In this document: in pieces, positions 23,013 to 34,066 of the stretch
Position numbering within the stretch: position 1 is the first letter of the stretch
How the letters are laid out: the number at the start of each line of letters is the position of its first letter
Assembly (NCBI GenBank): GCA_965215275.1
Contig: OZ244044.1
Span: 224,001-288,000 of the forward strand
Reading direction: 5' to 3'
DNA: 64,000 nt
Source: Thermodesulfobacteriota bacterium
GTDB lineage: Bacteria; Desulfobacterota_D; UBA1144; Nemesobacterales; JAJCZQ01
The notes under the pieces: model-generated
The model's database searches: none
What the model saw: the letters and a program-made list of their open reading frames with translations, nothing else
Told to the model about the DNA's origin: nothing
Made by a program: the position numbers and the translations under genes

Positions 23013-25343
23013 TCAGAAAACACTTCCGATAGTAAATTGTACCTCATAGGATTCTTCATCCGGTAACCTGTCCCCGATGGGAATGCCTATCTCCAGTTTC
23101 ATAGGACCAAGCGGCGATAACCATCTGAGCCCAAAACCATAATCCTTTCGCAGATCTGATGGATCAAAGGACAGCTTTTCCCCATCGTTGAAAACGTTTC
23201 CCATTTCGTAGAAGAGCACCCCTCTCAGACCAGCTGCCCTCAATATTGGAAATAAATAATCAGCAGACAACACCATTTGCTGCACGCCTCCGATTATTAT
23301 ATAATCCCCATCTTCCGTGGTCACCCTCGTTCCCACTCTTCTGAAGCCAAATCCTCTCAATATGTTCGGTCCTCCGAGAAAGAACCTCTCACTTACCACC
23401 AGGTCGTTCCCCGTGTTCTTAAGGTCCAGCAATCCATATATTCCCCGAAAAGACACATAAGTTCCATACCAGAGCGGAACCCATTGTCTGACCAGTAAAG
23501 TATATTTAATAAAATCCGTATTTCCACCGAACGGTCCTGCGTACTCGATCGTGGTGGAGGTCAGATTTCCTTTTGTCGGGTCCAGGAAATTGTTCCTGCT
23601 GTCCCATACCAGACTGAAAGAGAAACTGCTTATCGTTCTGTCGCTTTCAGTGATAATCAGTCTTGCGTCCCTGTCAACGTCCGATATTTTTACGTTCTCA
23701 AATCTGTAGGATACCCTGGGTATGAGATTTCTATAAAGAAGTTTACCGACCCCAGTGGAAACTCCCCAGGATTTTCTGTCGAAATCCCTGAATTCCCTGT
23801 CGTTATAGAACAGCGTGGAATCAAAAGTGTATTCACTGCCCCAGAAGTTCGGATCGGAGTATCGAAGGGACAGAAGCTTTGTCACGCCGCCTATTTGTGA
23901 GTTGAGGAACAGGGTCTTTCCATAACCGAATAAGTTGTTTTCCCTGACCTGACCCGAGAATATGAAGTTCTCCACTGAACTGAAACCACCTGAAACACTG
24001 AAAAAACCCGTTGGCTTCTCATTTACCTTAACGACGATATCCAGAAGATCGTCCTCCCCGGCGACCCTGTTCTGTTCCACCTGAACGTCGTTTTCAAAAA
24101 ATCCCAGGCGAGCTACCCTTGCCCTTATGAAATCAATACTGTTAGCCCTGTATAATGACTGTTCCTGCTGTATAACCTCTCTTCTTATGACCTGATCCCT
24201 TGTATGGACGTTCCCGATTATATCAATGTACCTTACGTAAACCTTGTTACCCTTTTCGACCTGGTATTTGATAGTTACCAGCAGATCTTCCCTGTCAACG
24301 GCAAACTGAGGAGCAACGTTTGCAAAGGCGAACCCCTGGTTGCCAAAATATCTTGTCAGCCTGGTTATGTCATTGGTGATCTCGGAACTGCTGAATATCT
24401 CACCGGGCTTTGATCTTGTTACCCGTTCGAGTATTTTGGGAGATTCCGAGAAATCCCCTTCGAATAAGACCTTGTCTATCCTGTACTGCGGACCTTCCTG
24501 AATGCTGAACTTTACCAGGTAGCCTTCTTCATCTTCCAGGTAGGTTATCTCGGGACTGCCTACGCTGACGTCCAGATAACCTATGTCAAGATAGGTAGCT
24601 TTTAATCTGTCCCTGTCCCTTGATATCTCATCTATATTGTACAGTCCCTTCTTCGTTAAGAACGACATAAAACCCTTGGACCGGGAGTATATCCTTTTTT
24701 CAAATACCTTATCCTCTATGTTGTCGTTCCCGACAAAAACAACTCTTTTTATATAGGCTTTCTTACCTTCCGATATATTGTATGCAAGGGTTATCTTACC
24801 ATCACCTTCGGGTTCTATATCATAGTCGATGTTCGTTCCGACAAAACCTCTTTGCTTGTAAAGGTCTTTTATGGCGTTCAGACCCAGGTCCACTTTTCTG
24901 AAATCAATGATCTCCCCTTCCGTGATCTGTATCACCTCTTCAATGGCACCATCGTTTACCTTATCGTTCCCGCTGAACCTCAGGTCAACTATCACGGGTT
25001 TCTCGTTAACTACGTAAAACACCTCTATGTTCTGTTCTTTTTTCTCTGTCTCAAGATAGACGTTCTCAAAATATCCCAGCCGGTAGACCCTCTTTATGTC
25101 CTCCCTGGCCCTTTCAAGTGAGTACAGGTCTCCAGGCTTGGTATTTATGTTAAGCTCGATCAGCTCCCTTTCGACCCTTCTGTTCCCCAAGACCGTAACG
25201 GCAGAGACGACCTGTCCCTGCATCTCACTGTGGTCTGGAGAGATCTGCTCGGCAGGAACGGAAAAGGTGTGGACCGTTAAAGATAAAAATATAAGGATCA
25301 GTAAAAGACCCGGTCTGTTCAGGTTCACAGGATTATTTAACAT
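23013..25343 (-). CDS. bamA: Outer membrane protein assembly factor BamA
   Basis: POTRA repeats (GNRRV, TRDQVIRRE), ERFFLGG..LRGF, WLSPLGP, terminal Phe. Confidence 0.95.
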   Translation of the reverse strand: MLNNPVNLNRPGLLLILIFLSLTVHTFSVPAEQISPDHSEMQGQVVSAVTVLGNRRVERELIELNINTKPGDLYSLERAREDIKRVYRLGYFENVYLETEKKEQNIEVFYVVNEKPVIVDLRFSGNDKVNDGAIEEVIQITEGEIIDFRKVDLGLNAIKDLYKQRGFVGTNIDYDIEPEGDGKITLAYNISEGKKAYIKRVVFVGNDNIEDKVFEKRIYSRSKGFMSFLTKKGLYNIDEISRDRDRLKATYLDIGYLDVSVGSPEITYLEDEEGYLVKFSIQEGPQYRIDKVLFEGDFSESPKILERVTRSKPGEIFSSSEITNDITRLTRYFGNQGFAFANVAPQFAVDREDLLVTIKYQVEKGNKVYVRYIDIIGNVHTRDQVIRREVIQQEQSLYRANSIDFIRARVARLGFFENDVQVEQNRVAGEDDLLDIVVKVNEKPTGFFSVSGGFSSVENFIFSGQVRENNLFGYGKTLFLNSQIGGVTKLLSLRYSDPNFWGSEYTFDSTLFYNDREFRDFDRKSWGVSTGVGKLLYRNLIPRVSYRFENVKISDVDRDARLIITESDRTISSFSFSLVWDSRNNFLDPTKGNLTSTTIEYAGPFGGNTDFIKYTLLVRQWVPLWYGTYVSFRGIYGLLDLKNTGNDLVVSERFFLGGPNILRGFGFRRVGTRVTTEDGDYIIIGGVQQMVLSADYLFPILRAAGLRGVLFYEMGNVFNDGEKLSFDPSDLRKDYGFGLRWLSPLGPMKLEIGIPIGDRLPDEESYEVQFTIGSVF

Positions 25344-26016
25344 CGACTATTTTCCCATCTGACAGCATTGCCCTTCTGCTCAGCCTGTCAGCTATCTCGG
25401 AGTTGTGGGTAATTATCACGAACGTAATGCCTTTTTCCTCGTTCAATCCTAAAAAGAGGTCGACTATGTTCATCCCTGTTTTCAGGTCCAGGTTACCCGC
25501 CGGTTCATCTGCAAGCACTGCCTTCGGACCCAGAACGACGGACCTTGCAATTGCAACTCTCTGCTGCTCACCACCGGACAGTTCACCTGGCTTATGGTCC
25601 AGTCTGTCCGCCAGACCGACCCTTTCCAGTGCGGCGGAGGCCATCTCCTCTGCCGCTTTGTTCTTCATTCCGTTCAGCAGACATGGTATCATGACATTCT
25701 CTAAAGCATTGAAGTCCGAAAGCAGATAGTGGAACTGAAATACGAACCCTATCTTCTCGTTCCTGATACGTGACAGGTCCTTGTCATCATACTTAAAGAC
25801 GTCTACCCCGTCGAACAGGACCCTGCCCTCCGTTGGCTTCTCTAAAGTTCCCAGTATATGCAGCAAGGTGCTTTTGCCGGACCCTGATACTCCCTGTATA
25901 CCGAACGTTTCGCCATCGCGTATATCAAGGGTTATTCCCTTTAAAGCTTCGACCTTATTTTTCTTATTTGAAAAGGTCTTGTAAATACCATCGACCTCAA
26001 ATACGTTTTTTATCAT
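25333..26016 (-). CDS. lolD: Lipoprotein-releasing ABC ATPase LolD
   Basis: [35 protein letters not shown]. Confidence 0.9.
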   Translation of the reverse strand: MIKNVFEVDGIYKTFSNKKNKVEALKGITLDIRDGETFGIQGVSGSGKSTLLHILGTLEKPTEGRVLFDGVDVFKYDDKDLSRIRNEKIGFVFQFHYLLSDFNALENVMIPCLLNGMKNKAAEEMASAALERVGLADRLDHKPGELSGGEQQRVAIARSVVLGPKAVLADEPAGNLDLKTGMNIVDLFLGLNEEKGITFVIITHNSEIADRLSRRAMLSDGKIVDVK

Positions 26017-27311
26017 TCATACCTCAGGACTTCAACTGGATCTTTATCGGACGCTTTATAAGAGGGATACAACGTCGCAATCAGACATATTAAAAAGCTA
26101 CATGCTGCCACCAGGATAAAATAAAAAAGACTTATTTTAACAGGAAATTCTGAAATTGGGTATATCTGATTATCAAATGGGATTAAATTCCTTATAACCT
26201 CATTTGTCTTGAGCAGATAGCAGAACAAGAAACCGAGCAGTGTACCTATGAGAGTACCGAACGCCCCTATTATCGTTCCATCGATGATAAATATCCTTCT
26301 TATCTGTTCCTTCGTCGTTCCCATGGCACGCAGGACCGCAATGTCCCTGCCTTTTTCCATTACGAGCATTATGAGGGTGCTGACTATGTTCAGTGCTGCC
26401 ACAAGTATTATCAATCCAAGGATTATAGCCAGTGCGAACCTTTCCAGTTTCAATGCCTTGAAGAGATTCCTGTTTGCGTCCTCCCAGCTCCTTGTATAAA
26501 AGGGAAAGCCCAGCGTTTCTGAAATGGACGTTGATACGTCCTTTGCCTTGAACGCATCGGTGAGCTTGACCTCGACCGTGTTCGCAGATCCCTCAAGTTC
26601 AAAGAAATCCGCTGCGTCCTTGATGTTTATATAACAGACCGAAGAATCGTACTCGATCATTCCAAAATCGAATAAACCGACCACTTCAAAGCCCTTCACC
26701 CTGGGCATAGCTCCAAAAGGCCCGATGCTGCCAACAGGTAAGAGCATGTTGACCAGGTCCCCTGAACCCACGCCCAGCACAGCAGCAAGTTCTTTGCCCA
26801 GTATAATCGGAGGTTTTTCAGAGATGGTCCCTTCACCCAGGGACAGCAGTACCTTCCTGCCAGATGACCTCAGCTCGTTCCTGCTTTCATGCTCACCGTC
26901 CCGGACCAGTGCTTTTCCGACCGCCTCTTCAATGCTTGTTACAGTGCCGGCAAGGGAAGGTTTTATCCCTTTGATCACTGCTCCTGACATGTTACCTTCG
27001 GCGGCAAGCATGGCCTGACCATATATTAACGGACTTGCACCTGTAACCTCCGGTACCTTTTTAACCTTCTTGATCACTTCGTGGTAGTCCCTGATCGCCC
27101 CATCATAGCTCATCACGGCTATATGAGAGTTCACTCCGAGTATCTTGCTTCTCAGCTCCTCTTCAAAACCGCTCATGACCGCCAGCACGACGTTCAGGGC
27201 CATTACGCCTATTATCACTCCGATTATAGAGATAACTGCGGTAACGGAGACAAATTTCTGACGTTTTCTGGAAGCAAGGAAACGCAGGGAGATAAAGAAT
27301 TCGTACAGCAT
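26013..27311 (-). CDS. Lipoprotein-releasing ABC permease LolC/E family
   Basis: VLAVMSGFE, VAALNIVSTL, DIAVLRAMG, LYPS..A...DPVEVLRYE. Confidence 0.92.
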   Translation of the reverse strand: MLYEFFISLRFLASRKRQKFVSVTAVISIIGVIIGVMALNVVLAVMSGFEEELRSKILGVNSHIAVMSYDGAIRDYHEVIKKVKKVPEVTGASPLIYGQAMLAAEGNMSGAVIKGIKPSLAGTVTSIEEAVGKALVRDGEHESRNELRSSGRKVLLSLGEGTISEKPPIILGKELAAVLGVGSGDLVNMLLPVGSIGPFGAMPRVKGFEVVGLFDFGMIEYDSSVCYINIKDAADFFELEGSANTVEVKLTDAFKAKDVSTSISETLGFPFYTRSWEDANRNLFKALKLERFALAIILGLIILVAALNIVSTLIMLVMEKGRDIAVLRAMGTTKEQIRRIFIIDGTIIGAFGTLIGTLLGFLFCYLLKTNEVIRNLIPFDNQIYPISEFPVKISLFYFILVAACSFLICLIATLYPSYKASDKDPVEVLRYE

Positions 27312-28780
27312 CAGGAGGGTTTTAAATGCGGAAAGAAGATCACTTCCCTTATTGAACTTGAGTTCGTCAGCAGCATGACCAGACGGTCGATCCCAATGCC
27401 GGCACCGGCAGTTGGAGGCATGCCGTGTTCAAGTGCCTCAAGAAAGTCCTCGTCAGCAGCATGGAACTCATCGTCATCAACGCCTTTATCAAGCTGGTCT
27501 TCAAATCTTTTCCTTTGATCTATCGGGTCGTTCAGTTCTGAAAAAGCGTTGGCTATCTCCCAGCCGTTCATATACAGCTCGAACCTGTCGGTTACCTCGG
27601 GATCATGGTCGTTTTTCCTTGCAAGTGGAGATACTTCCACGGGAAAAGAGTAAACAAAGGTCGGCTGGATCAGGTCTTTTCCGATCTCCTGCTCGAATAT
27701 TTCCATAATCGCCTTACCTTTAACGTTGTTGTGCTCAATGCCCAGAGCCGTTGCCTTTTTAAATATCTCATCTTCATTGTTCAGGAATTCCTGTCCGTAC
27801 TTCTCAGCTAACGACTCATACACGTTGATCCTGGTCCACGGCACACTGAGATCTATTTCCTTATCCTGATACTTTATCTTTTCCTCACCTAAGACCTTCC
27901 TGCACACGTCGTTTATCATATTTTCAATAAGTTCCATCATGCCTTCATAATCCGTGTACGCCTGATAGAGTTCTATCATTGTAAACTCCGGATTATGCCT
28001 TGTGGACACACCTTCGTTCCTGAACGTCCTGCCGATCTCATAGACCCTTTCCAGTCCCCCTATTACAAGTCTTTTCAGATACAGTTCCGGAGCGACCCTC
28101 AGGTACAGGTCCATGTTCATCGCGTTATGATGGGTAATAAAAGGCTTTGCCGTTGCACCTCCGGCGATCGTGTGAAGGATGGGCGTTTCCACTTCCATAA
28201 AACCCCTTTCGTCCAGATAGTTCCTTATCAAGCGTATTATTTTACTTCTTTTGACGAATATCTCCTTAACGTGATCGTTGGATATCAGGTCTATGTACCG
28301 CTGCCGGTAACGCAGTTCAACGTCCTGAAGCCCATGCCACTTTTCCGGTAATGGTCGTAAAGATTTCGTCAAGAACTTGAATTTACTTACGTTCAGGGTT
28401 AATTCCTTGGTCCGGGTCCGGAAAAGAACGCCATGAACACCTATAAAATCCCCAACGTCTATTTGTTTTTTAAAAAATTCCAGGTCGTCCGGACCGGCAT
28501 TACTCTCCTTAATGAATCCCTGTATCTTTCCCGTCCCGTCCTTCAGGTCGAAGAAGACGCTTTTGCCAAAATCCCGTTTTGAAACTATCCTGCCGGCAAC
28601 GACGAACTGCTCGTTTATCTGGTCCAGCTGCTCCTGGGAACTACTGCCGTAGGTTACCAGGATGTCCTTTATTGAACTTTTCGGATGAAAATCGTTCGAA
28701 AAAGGATGAACTTCCTGCTCGATCAGTCGCTGTAACTTCTCGACCCTGATCCGTTTCTGCTCACTTGATCTTTCTTTCAT
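27311..28780 (-). CDS. lysS: Lysine--tRNA ligase (class II)
   Basis: [14 protein letters not shown]...[21 protein letters not shown]. Confidence 0.98.
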   Translation of the reverse strand: MKERSSEQKRIRVEKLQRLIEQEVHPFSNDFHPKSSIKDILVTYGSSSQEQLDQINEQFVVAGRIVSKRDFGKSVFFDLKDGTGKIQGFIKESNAGPDDLEFFKKQIDVGDFIGVHGVLFRTRTKELTLNVSKFKFLTKSLRPLPEKWHGLQDVELRYRQRYIDLISNDHVKEIFVKRSKIIRLIRNYLDERGFMEVETPILHTIAGGATAKPFITHHNAMNMDLYLRVAPELYLKRLVIGGLERVYEIGRTFRNEGVSTRHNPEFTMIELYQAYTDYEGMMELIENMINDVCRKVLGEEKIKYQDKEIDLSVPWTRINVYESLAEKYGQEFLNNEDEIFKKATALGIEHNNVKGKAIMEIFEQEIGKDLIQPTFVYSFPVEVSPLARKNDHDPEVTDRFELYMNGWEIANAFSELNDPIDQRKRFEDQLDKGVDDDEFHAADEDFLEALEHGMPPTAGAGIGIDRLVMLLTNSSSIREVIFFPHLKPS

Positions 28781-29008
28781 AGACGCTCAGACGTTAAATT
28801 TTGAAACTAATAATACACACGGAGGTCTATTTAGCAACCAGTTTGGAACTCTTCCCGTGAAGATAATGCTTGCTACTTGCCTAACACCACATATTACGAA
28901 TCTTACTTGGTATTTCAGCCAGATGAATCAACTAGAATTATTTAATACCTTAATTGTGTATTGTGTTAATATATTATCAAAATAAATAAAAGGGCGGCGT
29001 TATGTATT

Positions 29009-29566
29009 ATGAAAAATGTAAATGTAGTCATTTTATTGTTTGTATCTTTAATTTTGGCGTCTTGCGTTATTCCTCCTAATGTTACTACTAATTTCATCAG
29101 AGACCGTAACATTAGTTCTATGTTTGATAGAGATAAAGCCATGAAACTTTTAGAAGACGGTAGCAATACTGTTAAAGGTAGTTCATTACTCAGACAAAGA
29201 GGTGGAGGGGTAGTTACTTGTGCCGGTAATTCTGTACTTCTTATTCCAGAGACTCCGTATGCTAGGGAAAGAATGGTAGCTCTTTATCGTAATACCGTTA
29301 AAGGTTATACGGGCTATAATTCTGACTACGGAAGGGTTGTAAGAAGAATTAGATTTAAACCAGATCTTCCAGAGTATTATAGGTTAATGAAAGAAACAAC
29401 TTGTGATGCACAGGGTTATTTTAAGTTTAACAATGTAGCAGATGGAAATTTTTTTGTAACAACATCTATTCTTTGGGAGGTAAGCGGTATTACTCAAGGA
29501 GGTATTTTAATGTATTATGTCAGAGTTTCAGGAGGGGAAACAAAAGAGATCGTCCTTGCTCATTAA
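29009..29566 (+). CDS. Hypothetical lipoprotein in an AT-rich islet
   Basis: Lipobox LASC; TCDAQGYFKF resembles a prealbumin/carboxypeptidase-regulatory-like beta fold. Confidence 0.75.
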   Translation: MKNVNVVILLFVSLILASCVIPPNVTTNFIRDRNISSMFDRDKAMKLLEDGSNTVKGSSLLRQRGGGVVTCAGNSVLLIPETPYARERMVALYRNTVKGYTGYNSDYGRVVRRIRFKPDLPEYYRLMKETTCDAQGYFKFNNVADGNFFVTTSILWEVSGITQGGILMYYVRVSGGETKEIVLAH

Positions 29567-30108
29567 GTGAGAATTTTAGGATTTATATATGTTAGTTATA
29601 AAAGTGTTATTTAAGAGAATTATATGAATAATTATTCATATCTATGTACCAAATTACTCTGTTAAAGTCCTCTTTTCCTTTTGATCTTTAATATTTTTAG
29701 TATCCATCGGAATATCATCACTACAAGATATTCCACCCGATACAAATATAATCTTGTTAAAAACATCGTCTTTATTCATTTAGCATAGTTACTCCCCAAA
29801 AAGAACCTTTGGACTCACAGTAGTAGCTAAACTAGGAGTTTCCAACTTGTATATCAATTAACTTGTGTCTGCTGGAGGAATTTGTATAGAGATTCTAGTA
29901 GGAAAATACACTATAGCAAATACCAAACAAAAGCATTAAGGAAGACCCATACTTATAAAAATACTAAATACTACAATATGTTAAGGTCAAACTTTCTTAA
30001 ACGTTAATTAGCTCTTTTTAAGAAATTAATTTATGATTGTAGGTTTATTAGAGGAAATACACAGGTAACAAATAACGGGAAAAAGATCTTTTTCCCAAGG
30101 TCGATCCT

Positions 30109-31836
30109 TTGTTCAATAAAGTAAGTATCATATCGCTGCTGCTGAAATACAGATACTCCTTCTTTGCAGGCATTGTATCACTATCGGTCGTGAACCTGGC
30201 TCAACTTGCAGTCCCGAAGGTCATACAGTGGATCATTGACACGCTGACAGAACCAGCAGCACCTGACCCCGATCTGATCACCAGGTACGTACTGTATATC
30301 CTTGGTCTGGGGCTTGTCATGGGACTGTTCAGGCTCGGATGGAGATACTTTATAATGGGGTCTGCAAGAAAAATAGAGAATTCCCTGAGGGATGACTTCT
30401 TTAAACACATACAGAGCCTTAATTTTAATTTCTTTTCCTCCAGAAAGGTAGGTGACCTGATGGCTCACACCGTTAACGACATTGAAACGTTAAAGTTCTC
30501 GTGCGGACTTGGCGTACTGATAGCTTACGACGGGATATTCCTTTTCTTTCTGATCTTTGCAGCTATGTTCCTCGTTTCCCCGACCCTTACCCTCTATGCA
30601 TTCATCCCTTTTATCTTTCTGGGCTTTGTTATGTACAAGTTCGGCAATCAGATCGAAAAAAGGTTTCAAAGGACGCAGGATTCGTTCTCCCTTCTCACGG
30701 AAAGTGCAAGACAGTCGGTATCAGGGATAAAAGTGGTAAAGGCCTTCAACAGAAAGAACGCCGAACTGAAGGATTTTGAAAAAGTAAGTAAGGATTACCT
30801 GGACAGAAATATACACCTTGTAAGGATCTGGGGCGTTTATCAGCCCCTTATAACCTTCATGGCGGGCAGTGCGATGGCAATATTCCTTCTGGTCGGAGGG
30901 ATCAGTACCATCAACATGGACCTTTCCCTAGGAAAGTTCACGGCAATGCTTTTCTACCTCGCGATGCTCACCTGGCCCATGATGGCAATAGGATGGTCGG
31001 TGGATATAATCAAAAAAGGGAACGCCTCCATAAACAGATTGAACGCAATACTTGAGGTCAAACCACAGAAGGAAGAGATAAAGGACCCTTACGACCGTCC
31101 GATCGGTGGAAATATAACGTTCAGGGACCTGAGCTTTTCCTACGGTCCGGATCAGCGACCCGTACTTGACAAGGTAAATCTGGATATTCCGAAAGGATGC
31201 TCTTTTGCGATCACGGGAAGGACAGGTTCAGGAAAGACCACCCTGATGAACCTGCTGATGAAGATCCACGGAACGGAGAAAGGCAGTATATTCATCGATC
31301 AGGTGGATATAACGAGAATACCGAAGAAAACCATACGGAAAGCACTCGTATATGTTCCTCAGAACACCACCGTCTTCAGCGGTTCCATAAGGAACAACAT
31401 TACTTTCATGGACCCGAGCCGGACGGAACGGGAGATCATAGAGGCAGCCAGGATGGCGGCGATCTATGATGAGATCACTGAATTCCCGCAAGGACTTGAC
31501 ACTGTCGTAGGGGAAAGGGGTCTCAGCCTGTCCGGTGGTCAGCGTCAGAGGATAGCGATCGCCCGTGCGATACTTCTGAAACCAAAAGTGCTTATACTCG
31601 ACGACGTGCTTTCGTCCCTTGATCTGTATACGGAAAGCGTGGTCTTACGGAACGTCAGAGAGGTAATGAAGAACAATACGCTTATTGTTATCTCAAGCAG
31701 GATATCTTCGGGTATAAGGGGATTTGACAGGATCGCGGTCCTTGAAAGCGGCAGTATTGCCAAGACGGGAACTCACGACCAGCTGATTGGATCGGGTGGC
31801 ATATACGCAAACATTTATAAAATACAAAACATATAA
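30109..31836 (+). CDS. Heterodimeric ABC exporter subunit 1 (MdlA-like)
   Basis: TMD plus NBD; GRTGSGKTT, LSGGQRQR, degenerate Walker B ILDD. Confidence 0.9.
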   Translation: MFNKVSIISLLLKYRYSFFAGIVSLSVVNLAQLAVPKVIQWIIDTLTEPAAPDPDLITRYVLYILGLGLVMGLFRLGWRYFIMGSARKIENSLRDDFFKHIQSLNFNFFSSRKVGDLMAHTVNDIETLKFSCGLGVLIAYDGIFLFFLIFAAMFLVSPTLTLYAFIPFIFLGFVMYKFGNQIEKRFQRTQDSFSLLTESARQSVSGIKVVKAFNRKNAELKDFEKVSKDYLDRNIHLVRIWGVYQPLITFMAGSAMAIFLLVGGISTINMDLSLGKFTAMLFYLAMLTWPMMAIGWSVDIIKKGNASINRLNAILEVKPQKEEIKDPYDRPIGGNITFRDLSFSYGPDQRPVLDKVNLDIPKGCSFAITGRTGSGKTTLMNLLMKIHGTEKGSIFIDQVDITRIPKKTIRKALVYVPQNTTVFSGSIRNNITFMDPSRTEREIIEAARMAAIYDEITEFPQGLDTVVGERGLSLSGGQRQRIAIARAILLKPKVLILDDVLSSLDLYTESVVLRNVREVMKNNTLIVISSRISSGIRGFDRIAVLESGSIAKTGTHDQLIGSGGIYANIYKIQNI

Positions 31837-31851
31837 GGCAGAGTAAAAAGC

Positions 31852-33882
31852 TTGAGCATATTTCAATCTGAAGAAAAAAAGCGGACAAAGACTTACGATA
31901 TCAAGATCTTAAAATGGCTTCTGCGTTACGTAAAGCCAAAAGGTTCTCTCTTTGTCCTTTCTTTGCTCTTTATGATCTTGACTGCCTCTTTGGAGATAGC
32001 GATACCATATCTTACAAAGCACGTGGTCGACAGTCATATATACCCCACGTGGGTCCTGTCAGACGGGAACGCGGACGGGGTCGTTCCGCTCGCCGGAAAA
32101 TATCCCGATGAGATCATAAAGCTGAAGGACGGGAGCTACCTGATAAACGTCTCAAAGCTCGACAGCGTGGATAAGACGGATATCAGGAAGGGCAGCTTGT
32201 CCCCGGAAGCAAAATACATCGTTTTCAACGGGTCCCATATAAGTCCCGAGAAAAAGACCAAGCTCCTTAACGTCTTTAAAGAAAATAAAGACGTATTTTA
32301 CAACTCCGGAGAGATACACTATGCCAGGTTCGAGGACATCAGGTCCCTGTCGGGGAACGAAATAAGGCTTTTAAGGTCAGAGGACCACAGGCTTCTGAAA
32401 AAATACGTCCTGTTGATATTTGCAAGTCTGCTTGGAGTTTTTATCTTTACCTCTGCTTTTACCTACCTTCTTTTTTATTCAGGACACGGGATAATGCACA
32501 GTATCAGACAGGACGCCTTCTCCCATATCCTTGAACTCCCTCAGACGTTCTTTGACAGGAACCCCGTAGGAAGGGTGACCACAAGGGTAACGAACGACGT
32601 TAAAGCGATAAACGAAATGTATACCTCCGTTCTGGTCCAGCTGGTCAAGGATATTCTGGTCATTATCGGGATCATCGCGATCATGTTCACAATGGACGTT
32701 AAGCTGACCGCGGTCACGCTTTGCCTCACGACGTTCCTTATCATCGTGGCAGTGATGTTCAGGATGAGACTGAAGATCGTCTTCAGGAACATTCGCACTA
32801 CCATAGGAAAGCTCAACTCCTTCGTACAGGAGAGCATTCAGGGAATAGCTCTTATAAAGCTCTACGGAAGGGATTACGAGAACTTTAAAAGGTTCAGCCT
32901 TATAAACAAAGAGAACTACTCGGCAAATATGTCCCAGCTATGGGCTTATATAATGTTCAGACCCTTTATCGAATACATGAGTATACTCGGGGTCGCGGTC
33001 ATACTCTGGTTCGGCGGACGGGACGTGATAAGTCACGACCTTACACTGGGAGGCCTTATCGCCTTTCTGTACTACGTCAGAATGCTCTTTCATCCCATAC
33101 AGCACCTGTCGGAACGCTACACCGTTTTCCAGTCGGCTGCCGCTGCTTCGGAAAATCTTTATGACCTGATAAACGAACAGGTCGAAGAAAACGGAAGTAA
33201 GGAACCTTCGGCCTCATCTACTATAATAGAGTTCAAGAACGTCTGGTTTTCCTACGACGACAGGAACTGGGTACTGAAGAACGTCTCTTTTAAGATACGT
33301 CCGGGTGAGACGGTGGCCTTGGTAGGTCTGACCGGGTCGGGAAAGACGACCATAGTTAATCTTATCCTAAAATTTTACAAGATACAGAGAGGAGAGATAC
33401 TGTTTAACGGAATAAATATAAACGACGTTAACAACGATTTTCTTATGTCCAGGATCACTGCCATATTTCAGGACCTGTTCCTGTTCGGTAAAGACATTTC
33501 AGATGATCCGGTAGACTACAGGAAAGCCAGTTCGGAGTTCGGTTTGAACAGACGTATGAGCGAAGAGAACGTGCTGTCTTCAGGTGAGAACCAGCTGATC
33601 GCCTTTACAAAAGCACTCAATAAGGTATCTGACATCCTGATCATGGACGAGGCGACCTCGAACGTGGATGCCGAGACCGAAAAAAGGATACAGGAGATAA
33701 TAAAGGACCACGGAAGAAAGACCACCCTGGTCATAGCTCACAGGCTCTCGAACGTCCGCGGGGCTGACAGGATAATAGTTATTCATAAAGGGGAGATAGT
33801 GGAATCAGGGGATCACCAACAGCTTCTGAAGAACAAAGGGATATATCACACCTTACACAACTACCAGAAACACGTCCGGTAA
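31852..33882 (+). CDS. Heterodimeric ABC exporter subunit 2 (MdlB-like)
   Basis: FFDRNPVGRVTTRVTND, GLTGSGKTT, MDEATS, IAHRLS. Confidence 0.9.
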   Translation: MSIFQSEEKKRTKTYDIKILKWLLRYVKPKGSLFVLSLLFMILTASLEIAIPYLTKHVVDSHIYPTWVLSDGNADGVVPLAGKYPDEIIKLKDGSYLINVSKLDSVDKTDIRKGSLSPEAKYIVFNGSHISPEKKTKLLNVFKENKDVFYNSGEIHYARFEDIRSLSGNEIRLLRSEDHRLLKKYVLLIFASLLGVFIFTSAFTYLLFYSGHGIMHSIRQDAFSHILELPQTFFDRNPVGRVTTRVTNDVKAINEMYTSVLVQLVKDILVIIGIIAIMFTMDVKLTAVTLCLTTFLIIVAVMFRMRLKIVFRNIRTTIGKLNSFVQESIQGIALIKLYGRDYENFKRFSLINKENYSANMSQLWAYIMFRPFIEYMSILGVAVILWFGGRDVISHDLTLGGLIAFLYYVRMLFHPIQHLSERYTVFQSAAAASENLYDLINEQVEENGSKEPSASSTIIEFKNVWFSYDDRNWVLKNVSFKIRPGETVALVGLTGSGKTTIVNLILKFYKIQRGEILFNGININDVNNDFLMSRITAIFQDLFLFGKDISDDPVDYRKASSEFGLNRRMSEENVLSSGENQLIAFTKALNKVSDILIMDEATSNVDAETEKRIQEIIKDHGRKTTLVIAHRLSNVRGADRIIVIHKGEIVESGDHQQLLKNKGIYHTLHNYQKHVR

Positions 33883-34066
33883 CTGTATACTCAAGTATCC
33901 AAATATAAGAATGTTGGTTATTTAGTTTTTTATTCTCTATTTACTGGATTTGCGGTTTTGTCTGTTTTTGTGATTCTACGGTTTTATGCTTACAAGTAGG
34001 AGATGAATTGACAACCTGCTGAATTTTCGGTTAAGTATGGGAGTTTAAAAATAGGAGGTAGTAACT

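Noticed and set aside
34014..34025. 12-mer acctgctgaatt shared with the lepA upstream region (61532-61543)
   Set aside because: Only two copies, not palindromic, unrelated genes; likely chance
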